The notes: a model not told the origin generated them from the letters alone. Shown: positions 37,425 through 48,381, counted from the stretch's first letter. The stretch is 64,000 bases of DNA from Phycisphaerales bacterium (GCA_965227775.1 OZ245777.1:2048001-2112000), one strand, 5' to 3'. A program made the numbers and translations.

Positions 37425-38129
37425 TTGCCATCACAACACGTCGGGATCGTGGCCGTGAGCCCCGAAGGCGCCGCCCTCACGTATCGCCAATTCAACCGAC
37501 ACGCAACCCAGATGACCCTCCCGGACAATCGCCCCAGCGTCACGATGCACGGCGAACCGTTCGACCAGTACCTCCGGGCGATCGGTGATCAGGACTGGGA
37601 AAGCGTGGGCTCGCTGCTGCGACGCTCGGCCGAGTGCCTGGCAGCCGCCGGAGCCCAGTTCTGCCTGACGCCGGACCACGTTGTTCAGCACGCCGTCCAG
37701 ATGGCCGAAACGGGCTGCCCGATTCCCTGGTTGACCATGGCCCAGCTCTTGGCCGACCAGGTGGGCCAGGACGGCCGCCAAAGCGTCGGAATCCTGGGTA
37801 CTCGCCTGGTGACCAACGGTTCGGCCTACCAGACGCACTTGGGCCTCCGGGGGGTGAAGGTGATGACCCCAAGCCCTGAGGAGGTCGACGAGGTCGACTC
37901 GATCATCTTCCAGGAGCTTGTACTCGGAGAGACCCGCGAGGCCTCCCGCCAGCGGCTGGGCGAGATCATCGGGAGGCTCGCCGATCGGGGCGCCGAGGCC
38001 ATCGTGATGGGCTCCAGCGAGGTCCCGCTGCTGCTCTCGAGCGCGAATTGCCCGCTTCCGCTCTATGACCCGGGCGAGATCCAGGTGGTCACGGCGGTCA
38101 AGATGGCTGTCGGGCCGGCGGCGGCATGA
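37425..38129 (+). CDS. Aspartate/glutamate racemase-family protein with catalytic Cys residues apparently absent
   Basis: HVGIVAVSPEGAAL, VGILGT, IIFQELV, MGSSEVPL; TTG start after GGAGG. Confidence 0.82.
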   Translation: MPSQHVGIVAVSPEGAALTYRQFNRHATQMTLPDNRPSVTMHGEPFDQYLRAIGDQDWESVGSLLRRSAECLAAAGAQFCLTPDHVVQHAVQMAETGCPIPWLTMAQLLADQVGQDGRQSVGILGTRLVTNGSAYQTHLGLRGVKVMTPSPEEVDEVDSIIFQELVLGETREASRQRLGEIIGRLADRGAEAIVMGSSEVPLLLSSANCPLPLYDPGEIQVVTAVKMAVGPAAA

Positions 38130-38555
38130 TGCGGACGGGGGCCGTACATCGGCCGCCGGAGACGACCGATCCGATCGTCCGAGAGCCAGTTATCGAAAGC
38201 CCCCGGATTGCAACCCAAGGCGATCCGGAGGCGAATACATGCGAGCCGAGCGCTCGGAGTCGCGAAAAAGGGCTGGACAAGTGGGGGTGCCCGCTGGTAT
38301 CCTGACTCCGAGCAGATCCGCGTGCAAGGCGGGAGCCGTCGACAGGCGGTATCCTTCGCCGACCGAGGACGTACACGGTCGAGCGCAGGCCCTGCATCCC
38401 GCCCCACGTGAGCGTGCCGGTGCACAACGCATCGGTGGACAAGCAGGCCACCTGACCGACCAGCCCTTGGGCAGGATGGCGACCGCACCAACCCTCCCAC
38501 GGGTCCCACGAGCAAACCAGCCGGCCAGACGCCGATCCATACCTGGAGCATCATC

Positions 38556-41500
38556 ATGAGTGGCCAACGTACCGGTTCGCCCCGCCACGCCAAGTCCCCA
38601 TTCGGCCTTGGCCGCCTCCGCTCGCTGTATCGCTCGGCCGGCAAGGCCCTGGGAGAGCCGCGTGCGACCGAACCCGAGGGGACGGGGCAGATCCTCGAGC
38701 AGCTCGAGTCGCGAATCTTGCTCGGCGGCGATCACCCGAGCTTTGAGTTGCCGCTGACGCCCACCTCGGGCACCGAGATCGTGCTCGACGGCGTGACCGG
38801 CGAGGGCACCGTCGACGGCGAGATCGAAGACATCACGATGAGCCTGGCGGACGACCTGTTCCGCTTCGATGCTCCGCAGACCGACTTCGTCACCGTGTGG
38901 GCCGACACCATCAACGTGGTTGGCGGCTCCGCGCTCGATTCGCGCGTCGAGATCTACGACATCGACGGAGCGCTCGTGGCCCAGGGGTCCTCGCAGGGCG
39001 AGCTCTCCGATGGCCTCTTCTCCGACGGCTGGGCGGGCTTCCTGGCCGAGGGCGGCGAGACCTACTTCATCCGCGTGCTGAGCGACGTGGACAACGCGGG
39101 TCAGATGACGACCGGCGAGTACACGGTGCGCGTCGATGCGATCACGAATACCGACCTGGTCATCGAAACCGACCCCATGCCGACGCCCCCGGCCCGCTTC
39201 GGTGCCGGCTTTGCCAGCGGGTCGATCACGCTGGTCGGCGACGACGTCGTCTACCGCGTCGAGGCGGGCAGCGACGACGCGTTCAACTCGCTGGCGACCT
39301 TCTACGCCGCCCTGCCTGCAATGCTCCCGTCGGACCTTGACACCCGCGTCGACGTGTACGACGAGCAGGGCCGGTTCCTGACCGGCGACAGCGACACGGG
39401 CCGACTGCTCACCGGCTTCGACATTGTGGAGTCGGCGGCCGACGCCGTGTTCTTTGTCCGCGTCCGCAGCGACCGCTTCGACGCGGGCGATACGCGTTCG
39501 ACCGGCGCGTACCAGATCAACGCAGAGATGGCCGCCGCCGAAATCGACATCGATCCGGTCATCCGTCGCGGCCAGACGACCGACGCCATCGCCAGCGCCT
39601 TCGACACCAGGATCTACCGGTTCACCACACAGGGCTCGGGTCTGAGCTTCGTTGGCGCAATCGGCACGGGCCTTGTGCCATTGCCCGAGCCGGCCGTCCG
39701 GCTGTACGACAGCAACGCGGATCTCGATGGGTTCAGCGACCTTGCCGGCATCGCCGACCTGCAGATCCAGCTCGAGGGCAACACCGAGTACTTCGTGGTC
39801 GTCGAGACCTTCGATAACCCGCCCGGTGGCCAGTATGACCTGCTCATCGAGAGCAACCACACGTTCTTGCCGAACCAGGAGATCGATGATCACGTCGATC
39901 GTCTTGAGGGCAACGACCCTGACGGCGAGCCGATCGAGTTCAGCCCGACCGAGGGGTACACCAACCCCGACCAGTTCGACTTCGTCCGCCGCCAGTTTGA
40001 GTTGGCGACACCGCTGCGCTTCAGCGATCCGTTCTTGTACACCCGTACGTTCGTCGACCCGAACGGCATGTTCCCCGACGTGGTCAACCCAGTCGCGGAC
40101 CGCTCGTACGTGCAGCAGGCGCTGGGAACGGGCCGCATCCACAGCTTCGGCGATACCGATCTGTTCCAGTTCACCGTGCCGCTCGACATGCTGGGTGACT
40201 ACGCCGGCGACAACGACGACGTGGGCGACGCCCTCTTCGCCGGTGGCCAGGGTGACTTCATCATCAAGGGCACCGACAACGACACCGGCGGCCCGATCAC
40301 CCGGAGCTTCCTGGGCGTCTGGGATGCGCAGGATTGGTGGCCGGTGCGCGCTGGCGTTGACATGGAAATCTACGCGATGGAGTCGTGGACGTACGACCCA
40401 GACGCTGACGTTGGTGGCACTGCCCTCATCCTGGGCGGCGAGTTCCAGTTCGCCGACTTCCAAGCGGCGCCGTTTGTCGCGGCGTACGCGTATGACCCGA
40501 CGCCGGGCGTCGAGGAGTTCGTGCTCACGCCGCTCGCCGGCGGCCTAGACGGAGCCGTGTACGACTTCGGCGTATTCGATCTGGACCCCGACGACGACAT
40601 CGAGAGCCAGCTCATCGTGGCAGGCGAGTTCACGGGCGGCATCCGCTCGTACACCGTCCAGCCCGGCGACTTCATCTCCGCCGGTGTGTTCGCTCCGCTG
40701 CCGATCGCGACCTTTGCGTCCGAGTACTACGCGATCGAGGTGTTCGATCCGGCTGATCCGGAAATGGGCGATGAGAACCCCGAGAGTCTCTGGTTCGGCG
40801 GAACCGGCTGGCTTGAGGAACTGATCGTCGACGACATGGGGCCGCGAGCCGGTGCGTTCTTCGAGATCGAGCAAGGCGCGGGTGATGGTGTCGTCCTCGA
40901 CCTGAAGTCGTTCGAGATCCCGCCACCCCCCGTGGGCATGGGCGAAGCAACGGAAGGCCTTGTGGTCGGCGGCACCTTCGACGGCGTCGAGGGCTTCGCC
41001 GTCAGCAACGTGTTCTTCATCGAGGGCGATGCGGGCGCAATGGCGCCGGGTGCATTCATCCTCGACGACATGGGCGGCGGCGTGAACGACACCGTCCGCG
41101 CGCTCGAGGCGTGGGATCGTGACGGCTCGGGCACCGATCTCTTCGATGAGATCATCGTCGGCGGCGACTTCACCGCCACGGCAGGCGGCCAGCCCCTGAA
41201 CTTCATCGGTTCCTACGCGGGTGCATGGGCATCACTGGGCTCCGCGCTGCCCGCCGGCGGACCGGTCGACTTCAACGCACCGGTGCACAGCCTCAACGTC
41301 TTCATCGACGGCGAGTTTGGCGTCGGCACGGCGCCGTTCGCCGAGAACCCGGTTCTGTACGCCGGTGGTGAGTTCACTGTCGCCGATGGCAGCCCCATCG
41401 GCCGCATCGGGGGCCTGACCTTCGACACCACGCTCCTTGTGTGGACGTGGACGCCGCTCGGCTTCGGCTCGACCGATACCGTTTTCGCGCTCGAGAACTT

Positions 41501-44500
41501 CAACGACGAGGTTCCGAACCTGTGGGATCGCGACGACCGTCCCGGTACCCGGATGTCGCTGGTGCTGAGCCCCGATTTCTTGCCCGGCGCACAGACCTTC
41601 GTCAACGTTTACGACTCTTCGTTCCGCCTGATCTACTCCAACGACACGATCGCGCCGCCATTCCCCGACCCTGCAGGCGCCTTCGATCCGTCGATCCAGA
41701 CGCCGCAGTTCGGTGCGGACGGTCTGGTCATCGACATCGGCGACGGCCAGGAGTCGCAGTTCTGGGCCGGCGAGACCTACTACCTCGAGATCAGCTCGGT
41801 CGGCGGCAATGGACGATACAGCTTCTCGCTGACCACCGACGCGTTCCCACCCGACATCGATGGTGACGGCACATTCGACGATGTGATCAGCCAGTACTTC
41901 GAGCCGGGCGGTGCCGACTTGGTCCGCGCAGAGTTCGACGCGGCTCCCGAGATCGTGCTGGGTTCGACGACGTCCGGCGACGGCCGCAACTTCCTTGGTC
42001 TGCCCAACGCGGCATTCCAAGTGCGCCAGTACGACGTGTCGCCGAGCGGCTTCCTGGTCACCCAATACCAGGAGCTGGGTGTCATCGAGCGAATCGAAGA
42101 CTTCGACATCTACTTCTTCCGCGCGCCAGACAACGGCATGACCGAGATCCGCCTGGCGACGCAGCAGATCACCGATGAATTCGTCGAGGACATCCTCGAT
42201 CTCAACGTCTTCCCGCCGGCACTCGATCGCCGAATCGAGAACAAGACCTACGACAGCCCGCTGGATGGCAAGATCCGCGTGTTCAACAACGACTTGCAGC
42301 TCCTGGCGACCAACAACGACAACGAGGGCTTCTCTGGCGTCCGCCAGCAGCAGCCAATCGGTACGCTCGATCTTGATGGCGACACCCTGTACGGCCTCGG
42401 TGACACCGAGATCGACGGCCGCATCTTCAACAACGTCGACCCCCGCGTTGTGGTGCCCACCGTGCGCGGTGAGGTCTACTTCATCGTGGTCGAGAGTGGC
42501 CAGCTCGAGAGCTTCGAGACAAACCCCGATCTGGTCGATTGGCGTCGCGCCATCGGTTCGTACGAGCTGCTCATCAACAGCTCGCCCAACCTCGAATTCG
42601 CCGACGATCACCAGGACTTCAGCGCGACGTTCTTCGACTTCTACACGTACGACACCCCGCTGGCCGTGGACGACATGGGCCAGGGCGAGATTCGCGGCGA
42701 GATCCGCACCCGCTCGGGCGGCGTAGACGACAACGACGGCTTCTTCGCCTACGCCGTGGGCACGGGCGATATCACCGTCACGGTCGGCGCCGATGTGCCC
42801 ACCGAGTTCCAGCCGCGCGTCACGATCTACGACAGCCAAGGCAACATCCGCGTGAGCCCGACCACGGCCACCCAGGAGGCCCCCGCTGAGGTGACCTTCT
42901 TCGCCAACAAGGGCGATCGGTACATCATCCGCGTTGACGCGAACGTTGGCCAGCAGGGTGGCTACACCGTCGAGGTCGATGGCGCGCCGGCCGGCGATGA
43001 CTTCGCCGACTCGCACCGCCCGATCGATGCGACCGAGATCGAGATTCTCGACTTCCAGGGCCTCGGCCAGATCTCCGGTCTGATCGACAACCCCGGCGAT
43101 ACCGACATCTTCCGCTTCTCGACGCCGGGCTACGACGAGCTGACCATCGATGTGCAGTCGACCAGCTTCGGCTTCGATCCGCTCTTCCGCGTGTTCGAGG
43201 TCAGCGAGGACCCGGCCGGCAACCAGATCTTCCTGCAAATCGCGTTCAACGACAACATCAACCCCGGCACGGTCAACGCTCGTGCGACGTTCCCGATTAC
43301 CGGTGCCGATCGCACGTCGGGCGCCACGATGCGCACCTACAACGACTATTACATCGTCGTCGAGGGTGCAGACCCGCAGGCTTCGACCGGCTCGTACGAC
43401 CTGTTGATTACCGCGACGCCGACCGACGACCACGCCGACGAGGACGAGTTCCCATTCGCCTCGCCGCTCCCCGTCCTGCCGGCTACCGGCCAGGGTGAGC
43501 GTTCGGGTGTCATCGAGGACAGCAACGACACCGACCTATTCGTCTTCACCGCTCCCGGTGGCGGCGAGGCCCTCCTGTCGGTCGTCAGCAACGAGATGAG
43601 CACATTGCGGCCCACCATCCGCGTGTTCGACTCGGAGTTCAACCCCGTCATCAACCTGACGACGGGCACCGACGCCACCGTTACGGGCCCCGACGCCCTG
43701 TTCTCGGCGGCGAGCTTCCGCTTCGACGTAACACGTCAGGCCCAGTACTACGTGCTCATCGGCAGCGACGGCACCGGTGCGGTCACGACCGACACGGGTT
43801 CCTATTCGCTCAACGCGACCACACCGACGGCCGACGAGACGCCCAACGAGGGTGAGTTCGAGATCGCCCGCGAGATCGCCCTTTCGACCGAGACCGGCGA
43901 TGGCGTCGCGTCCGGCATCATCGGCACGGTCAACGACACCGACCTCTTCTTCTTCGACACCATCGTCGATGCATCGCCCGCGCCGCAGCAGCACGTGGTT
44001 CGTGTCGATGCTTCGGGCGAGATGGTCACGCCGGTGCTGAGCGTGTTCGACTCCGGCACCAGCCTGCTCACGCAGATCATCGACGGTGGCACGGGCGACC
44101 TCGCGCCGGAGGCCGGAATCATCGAGACAAACATCGTCGCGACGGGCATGCCCGGCGAGCGGTTCTTCCTCCTGGTCGAACTCGACGACACGAGCATGTT
44201 CCCGACTGGCGCGTACGCCGTGACCATCGATGGCCCGATCCCCGACGTGGTGCCTACGCCGGGCGACGATCACGCCAACGAGGGCCAGTTCAGCCAGGCG
44301 ACGGTCATCGAGCTCGATGAGCGGACCGGCAACGCCGAACTCACCGGTCGCATCGATCCTTCGCGGGACAGCGATCTCTTCCGCATCAACCCGCTCGATG
44401 GCGGCCGAACCTTTGTCCAGGTCGTGACGCCTTCCGGCAGCCTGCTCGATGTGGACCTTACCGTCTTCGAGGAGTTCGGTGGCGGCGGTACCCCGGTACG

Positions 44501-46001
44501 GATCGCCAGGGACACGACCGGTTTCCAGGGCGTGGACGCCTCGGTCGAATTTGACATCGTCGGCGCCGGTACGCCGTACTACCTGCTCGTCAGCGGCCTG
44601 AACTCCGCGACCGGTGAGTACACGCTGCGTATCGACACCCAGCCCGAGACCTTCTTCCTGTATTACCCCGAGGGCTTCGTCAACGAGTCGATCAGCGAGT
44701 TCGTCTCGATCAGCAACCCGAGCCAGAGCCAGTCGGTCAGCTACACGATCCGCTTGTTCTACGAGAACCCCGACCTCGACGACATGACGATCGTCGAGAA
44801 CGAGACACTCGCCCCGGGCAGCCGTGGTGGCGTGACCATCGCCGAGCGGGGCAACTTCGTCCTGCCAGGCGTCGCTGTCAACGAGCCGTACTCGATCGTG
44901 ATCGAGTCGGACGGCCAGCTTGGTGCGACGCTCTCGCACTACGACTTCGAGGGTGCCGTGGGCGAGGCCTTCACCCCAGTGACCAGCGAGACGTGGGCCT
45001 TCGGCCGCCTCGAGCGGAGCCCGGGTCAGGTCGAGTCCTTCGTCGTCTTCTTTAACCCCAACGACCACGACGTCGTCGTGACGCTCAGCGCGTTCGTTGG
45101 CACGACCGAGGTGCAGATCCAGCAGACCGTCGAGGCCAGCAGCCGCGGCGGCTGGGAACTCAGCGGCCTCGGACAGCTGCCCATCGGCGTCTTCGGCGCC
45201 ACGCTCACCAGCGAGCCGGTCGATGGCTCCATCACCGACAGCATGGGCATCGTGGCGGCTCTCAGCCAGTACGATCTGGTTAACGGCGAGGCGTTCGGCG
45301 TGCTCGGCGATCCGTCGGGTGGTGCGACCTTCAACGTTGTGCCGACCTTCACTTCGGGCTCGGAGGTCACGGCTGAACTCGTGCTCTTCAACCCAGGTGA
45401 TGCGGCTACCTCGGTCACGATCACCAGCGATTACATCACCGCGCCCCTGCCCAACGTGCAGGTGACGCGTGAGATCGGTGCGGGTCAGACCGTCGTCCTT
45501 CGAGCGGCCGACCTCAGCCTCGCGGGCGATGTGGCCGCAGGCCTGACCATCGAGTCAACCCTGCCGCTGGCGGGTGTCGCGCTCGAGCGTCAGAATGGCG
45601 ATGCGAACGCGATCGCTACACAGAACACGGCCGCCTCGACGTGGTTCTTCGGCGATGCCTTCCTCAACAGCGAGGAAGCCGGCCTGACCTACTTCGAGAC
45701 GCTCAGCTTCTTCAACCCCACCAGCGAGTCGATCGCGATCGAGATTACGCTCTTCTTCAACGATGGCACCACCGCCAACACGGTCCGCCAGGTTGGCGCG
45801 GGCAGCTTCAACAACCTTCGCTTGGACACCTTCGCCCCGATCATCGATCGCCAGATGCTCAACTTCTTCTCGATCCAGTTGAGCTCGAACCTGCCGCTCA
45901 TCGCGTCGCTGACGCACTACGACCTGGTCCTCGACGGTGGCTGGACCAACGCCGGTGCGCCTCTCGGCCTGACCAACCCGCTCGATCGCATCATCACCTG
46001 A
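38556..46001 (+). CDS. Giant (2481 aa) acidic surface protein: LESRxLL planctomycete N-terminal motif, PPC-like repeats, beta-propeller segment, C-terminal YPEGF-type repeat domain
   Basis: LEQLESRILL; repeated DDH...G.I....DxDLF.F...Y.L.I modules; GGEF/AGGEF propeller repeats; GC3-rich codons throughout. Confidence 0.85.
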   Translation: MSGQRTGSPRHAKSPFGLGRLRSLYRSAGKALGEPRATEPEGTGQILEQLESRILLGGDHPSFELPLTPTSGTEIVLDGVTGEGTVDGEIEDITMSLADDLFRFDAPQTDFVTVWADTINVVGGSALDSRVEIYDIDGALVAQGSSQGELSDGLFSDGWAGFLAEGGETYFIRVLSDVDNAGQMTTGEYTVRVDAITNTDLVIETDPMPTPPARFGAGFASGSITLVGDDVVYRVEAGSDDAFNSLATFYAALPAMLPSDLDTRVDVYDEQGRFLTGDSDTGRLLTGFDIVESAADAVFFVRVRSDRFDAGDTRSTGAYQINAEMAAAEIDIDPVIRRGQTTDAIASAFDTRIYRFTTQGSGLSFVGAIGTGLVPLPEPAVRLYDSNADLDGFSDLAGIADLQIQLEGNTEYFVVVETFDNPPGGQYDLLIESNHTFLPNQEIDDHVDRLEGNDPDGEPIEFSPTEGYTNPDQFDFVRRQFELATPLRFSDPFLYTRTFVDPNGMFPDVVNPVADRSYVQQALGTGRIHSFGDTDLFQFTVPLDMLGDYAGDNDDVGDALFAGGQGDFIIKGTDNDTGGPITRSFLGVWDAQDWWPVRAGVDMEIYAMESWTYDPDADVGGTALILGGEFQFADFQAAPFVAAYAYDPTPGVEEFVLTPLAGGLDGAVYDFGVFDLDPDDDIESQLIVAGEFTGGIRSYTVQPGDFISAGVFAPLPIATFASEYYAIEVFDPADPEMGDENPESLWFGGTGWLEELIVDDMGPRAGAFFEIEQGAGDGVVLDLKSFEIPPPPVGMGEATEGLVVGGTFDGVEGFAVSNVFFIEGDAGAMAPGAFILDDMGGGVNDTVRALEAWDRDGSGTDLFDEIIVGGDFTATAGGQPLNFIGSYAGAWASLGSALPAGGPVDFNAPVHSLNVFIDGEFGVGTAPFAENPVLYAGGEFTVADGSPIGRIGGLTFDTTLLVWTWTPLGFGSTDTVFALENFNDEVPNLWDRDDRPGTRMSLVLSPDFLPGAQTFVNVYDSSFRLIYSNDTIAPPFPDPAGAFDPSIQTPQFGADGLVIDIGDGQESQFWAGETYYLEISSVGGNGRYSFSLTTDAFPPDIDGDGTFDDVISQYFEPGGADLVRAEFDAAPEIVLGSTTSGDGRNFLGLPNAAFQVRQYDVSPSGFLVTQYQELGVIERIEDFDIYFFRAPDNGMTEIRLATQQITDEFVEDILDLNVFPPALDRRIENKTYDSPLDGKIRVFNNDLQLLATNNDNEGFSGVRQQQPIGTLDLDGDTLYGLGDTEIDGRIFNNVDPRVVVPTVRGEVYFIVVESGQLESFETNPDLVDWRRAIGSYELLINSSPNLEFADDHQDFSATFFDFYTYDTPLAVDDMGQGEIRGEIRTRSGGVDDNDGFFAYAVGTGDITVTVGADVPTEFQPRVTIYDSQGNIRVSPTTATQEAPAEVTFFANKGDRYIIRVDANVGQQGGYTVEVDGAPAGDDFADSHRPIDATEIEILDFQGLGQISGLIDNPGDTDIFRFSTPGYDELTIDVQSTSFGFDPLFRVFEVSEDPAGNQIFLQIAFNDNINPGTVNARATFPITGADRTSGATMRTYNDYYIVVEGADPQASTGSYDLLITATPTDDHADEDEFPFASPLPVLPATGQGERSGVIEDSNDTDLFVFTAPGGGEALLSVVSNEMSTLRPTIRVFDSEFNPVINLTTGTDATVTGPDALFSAASFRFDVTRQAQYYVLIGSDGTGAVTTDTGSYSLNATTPTADETPNEGEFEIAREIALSTETGDGVASGIIGTVNDTDLFFFDTIVDASPAPQQHVVRVDASGEMVTPVLSVFDSGTSLLTQIIDGGTGDLAPEAGIIETNIVATGMPGERFFLLVELDDTSMFPTGAYAVTIDGPIPDVVPTPGDDHANEGQFSQATVIELDERTGNAELTGRIDPSRDSDLFRINPLDGGRTFVQVVTPSGSLLDVDLTVFEEFGGGGTPVRIARDTTGFQGVDASVEFDIVGAGTPYYLLVSGLNSATGEYTLRIDTQPETFFLYYPEGFVNESISEFVSISNPSQSQSVSYTIRLFYENPDLDDMTIVENETLAPGSRGGVTIAERGNFVLPGVAVNEPYSIVIESDGQLGATLSHYDFEGAVGEAFTPVTSETWAFGRLERSPGQVESFVVFFNPNDHDVVVTLSAFVGTTEVQIQQTVEASSRGGWELSGLGQLPIGVFGATLTSEPVDGSITDSMGIVAALSQYDLVNGEAFGVLGDPSGGATFNVVPTFTSGSEVTAELVLFNPGDAATSVTITSDYITAPLPNVQVTREIGAGQTVVLRAADLSLAGDVAAGLTIESTLPLAGVALERQNGDANAIATQNTAASTWFFGDAFLNSEEAGLTYFETLSFFNPTSESIAIEITLFFNDGTTANTVRQVGAGSFNNLRLDTFAPIIDRQMLNFFSIQLSSNLPLIASLTHYDLVLDGGWTNAGAPLGLTNPLDRIIT

Positions 46002-46039
46002 TGCGGCCGACGCAGCGACGTGAAGCCGCATGAAAGATC

Positions 46040-46070
46040 AACGCCCCCGGGTTCGCTCGGGGGCGTTTTC
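46040..46070 (+). terminator. Intrinsic terminator
   Basis: AACGCCCCCG-loop-CGGGGGCGTT-TTC. Confidence 0.8.
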
Positions 46071-46095
46071 CTTGGCGGTGCGTAGTTGTGCCGAC

Positions 46096-46632
46096 TCAGG
46101 GTACAGGTCGGCGGACGTCACGCGGCGGCGACTTGGGCGCTTCGTTCTCGGGCTCGCCCGACGCGATCGGGAAGCCTGCGTCGGACCACTCGATGACGCC
46201 GCCGCCAAAGAGCCGGGCCTGGTCGTAGCCAATCACGAGCAGGCGCTTGGTCATCGCCCGGCCCGACAGCGCGCCCGGGCCATCTGCGTACACCACGATG
46301 TGCTCGAACTGGTTGACGTTGGGGTCCACGCGATCACGCTCTGCGAGGTCCGGCAGCGTTACGTGCAGTGCCCCGGGCAGGCGGGAGTCTTCAAAGGCGG
46401 CCCGTCGGCGGGGATCGATCAGCATGAGGAGAGGCTCGTCGGGATTCTCTTGCTGCTCGAGCCAGAGCAGCCGTAGTTCCGTCAGGGAGATGTTCTTGAT
46501 GTCCGCGTCCGTGATGCCCGAATTGCACCCGCCTACGCACGCAGACACGAGCGCGAGCCCGACAACGAGGCGACGGGCTGAGCTGGATCGGCCGTCATAG
46601 CGGGTGAAGACTCTTCGGCCAGTTCGGGGCAT
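46096..46632 (-). CDS. Rhodanese-like lipoprotein with Asp at the usual catalytic Cys position
   Basis: Lipobox-like VGGC; LIDPR..FEDSRLPGA, IVVYADG, LFGGGVIEW. Confidence 0.78.
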   Translation of the reverse strand: MPRTGRRVFTRYDGRSSSARRLVVGLALVSACVGGCNSGITDADIKNISLTELRLLWLEQQENPDEPLLMLIDPRRRAAFEDSRLPGALHVTLPDLAERDRVDPNVNQFEHIVVYADGPGALSGRAMTKRLLVIGYDQARLFGGGVIEWSDAGFPIASGEPENEAPKSPPRDVRRPVP

Positions 46633-46727
46633 CCTGTATCCTTGCCTTCGCTTTCCGCGACGATGGGAAATATCGTCCGGGGCAGACACGTTATGCGGTG
46701 ATCATCCGTGCGGGACAGCCGTGGGAG

Positions 46728-47654
46728 GTGCGCTTGCTCAGAGAGACCGCCATCGTCGTCGCAGCAGCCGCCCTGGCATGTGTCAGCCGGTCCGCCCAAG
46801 CCCAGGACGCCAGCGACGTGTCCGAGGCCTCCCTCATCGCTGAGTCAGTTCAGGTGGCCCCTGGTACCACCGTGCTGTTGGGGCTCCACTTCGAGCTCGC
46901 GGACGGCTGGCACATCTACTGGAATGGTCGCAACGACACAGGCTTTGCGCCCGAGGTCGACTGGGCGCTTCCCGAGGGCGTCGCGGTCGGCCCGCTCTTG
47001 TGGCCGGCTCCAGAGCGATACATCTCGCCCGGCGACATCCTCGATCACGTGTACGAGGGCAACCCGACCATTCTGGTGCCCGTCACCATCTCAGCGGACG
47101 CAGCGCCCGGCTCCACGCTCTCGATCTCCGGCGAAGCCGAGTGGCTGGTGTGCAAGGAACTCTGTCTGCCCGGCTTCGGCCCGATCTCTATCGATCTGAC
47201 AGTGGGCGAGGCATCGACAACGCGGGCAGCACCCCTTTCCCGCGCTTCGGACATTGGCGAGGCCGCAACGCGATTGCCCGAGCCAGTAGCTGCTGCGACG
47301 CAGCCCGAATCGTTCACGGTGGCATGGACGGCGGAAGCCGTCACCGTTCGAGCTGCCGGGTCGAGGTCGGTGGAGTTCTATCCGGCACTGTCCTCAACGC
47401 CACTTGCGAACACGCTTGCAGACGCGCAGGCCAAGGGCGACACGATGCGCCTCCGCCTCGCCTCCGAGTCTCGCGGCATGCAGACCAATGACGAGCGGCG
47501 GCTCGTAGGCGTGCTCGCGATTGAGTCTGCCTCTGGCGTGAAGAACTGGTACCAAATCGACTCGGGGCCGGACGGCTTTCGTACCCCGGAAAACTCAGAG
47601 CTGGTTTCACGTGTCCGCCAGCGCGTTGGCAACCCTGCCGACGACGGCGGCTGA
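46728..47654 (+). CDS. Stand-alone DsbD N-terminal-domain protein, secreted
   Basis: GWHIYWNG.NDTG, LLWPAP, WLVCKELCLPG. Confidence 0.85.
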   Translation: MRLLRETAIVVAAAALACVSRSAQAQDASDVSEASLIAESVQVAPGTTVLLGLHFELADGWHIYWNGRNDTGFAPEVDWALPEGVAVGPLLWPAPERYISPGDILDHVYEGNPTILVPVTISADAAPGSTLSISGEAEWLVCKELCLPGFGPISIDLTVGEASTTRAAPLSRASDIGEAATRLPEPVAAATQPESFTVAWTAEAVTVRAAGSRSVEFYPALSSTPLANTLADAQAKGDTMRLRLASESRGMQTNDERRLVGVLAIESASGVKNWYQIDSGPDGFRTPENSELVSRVRQRVGNPADDGG

Positions 47655-47709
47655 AGACTCATCCTGCATTCACGGTCGCAAGAGCGGCCACTAGGAAAGG
47701 AGCCCTTCC

Positions 47710-48381
47710 ATGGGTTGGTTCAAACGAAACGGCATGGCAATGGTCGGTACGGTCGCGGCGATGACGGCGGCAACGAGCCTGTCGGTGGCGCTCGCCGGCC
47801 AGAACGGCAACATGAACGGGCAGATGGCCAGCCAGGGCGTGACCGCTGGCGAGAAGGCCCCGATGTTCACCCTCAAGGACACCGAGGGCAAGGAGCACAG
47901 CCTTAAGGACGTGTTGGCCAAGGACAGCACGAAGGCCGTGGTCATCGAGTGGTTCAACCCCGACTGCCCCTTTGTCAAGAAGCACCACGACAACGCGACC
48001 ACCATGACCGACCTGGCCAAGAACCACAAGAACGACGGCGTCGTGTGGATGGCCATCAACTCGGGCGCCGAAGGCAAGCAGGGGGCCGGCATCGATCGCA
48101 ACAAGAAGGCGATCGAGCAGTACAGCATCAACTACCCCGTGCTGATGGACATGGATGGCAAGGTTGGCAAGGCCTACGGCGCGAAGCGCACGCCCGAGAT
48201 GTATGTCATCGCCAAGGACGGCACGATCGTCTATCACGGGGCGATCGATAGCGACCGAAGCCCGCGCAACATGGGCGAGATCAACTACGTCGCAGACGCG
48301 CTGAAGGCCCACCTGGCCGGCGAGACCGTCGCCACCCAGCGGACGCAGGCCTACGGCTGCTCGGTGAAGTACAGCAACTGA
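47710..48381 (+). CDS. Secreted redoxin (AhpC/TSA thioredoxin-fold)
   Basis: APMFTLKD, EWFNPDCPFV, AKRTPEMY, YHGAID, YGCSVKY; SD GGAAAGGAG. Confidence 0.9.
   Translation: MGWFKRNGMAMVGTVAAMTAATSLSVALAGQNGNMNGQMASQGVTAGEKAPMFTLKDTEGKEHSLKDVLAKDSTKAVVIEWFNPDCPFVKKHHDNATTMTDLAKNHKNDGVVWMAINSGAEGKQGAGIDRNKKAIEQYSINYPVLMDMDGKVGKAYGAKRTPEMYVIAKDGTIVYHGAIDSDRSPRNMGEINYVADALKAHLAGETVATQRTQAYGCSVKYSN

Noticed and set aside
38190..45068. Long minus-strand ORFs (757, 733 and 510 aa), and similar ones opposite glyA, M16 and the FG-GAP genes
   Set aside because: Typical high-GC antisense shadows with no motifs; the opposite strand carries the recognisable gene
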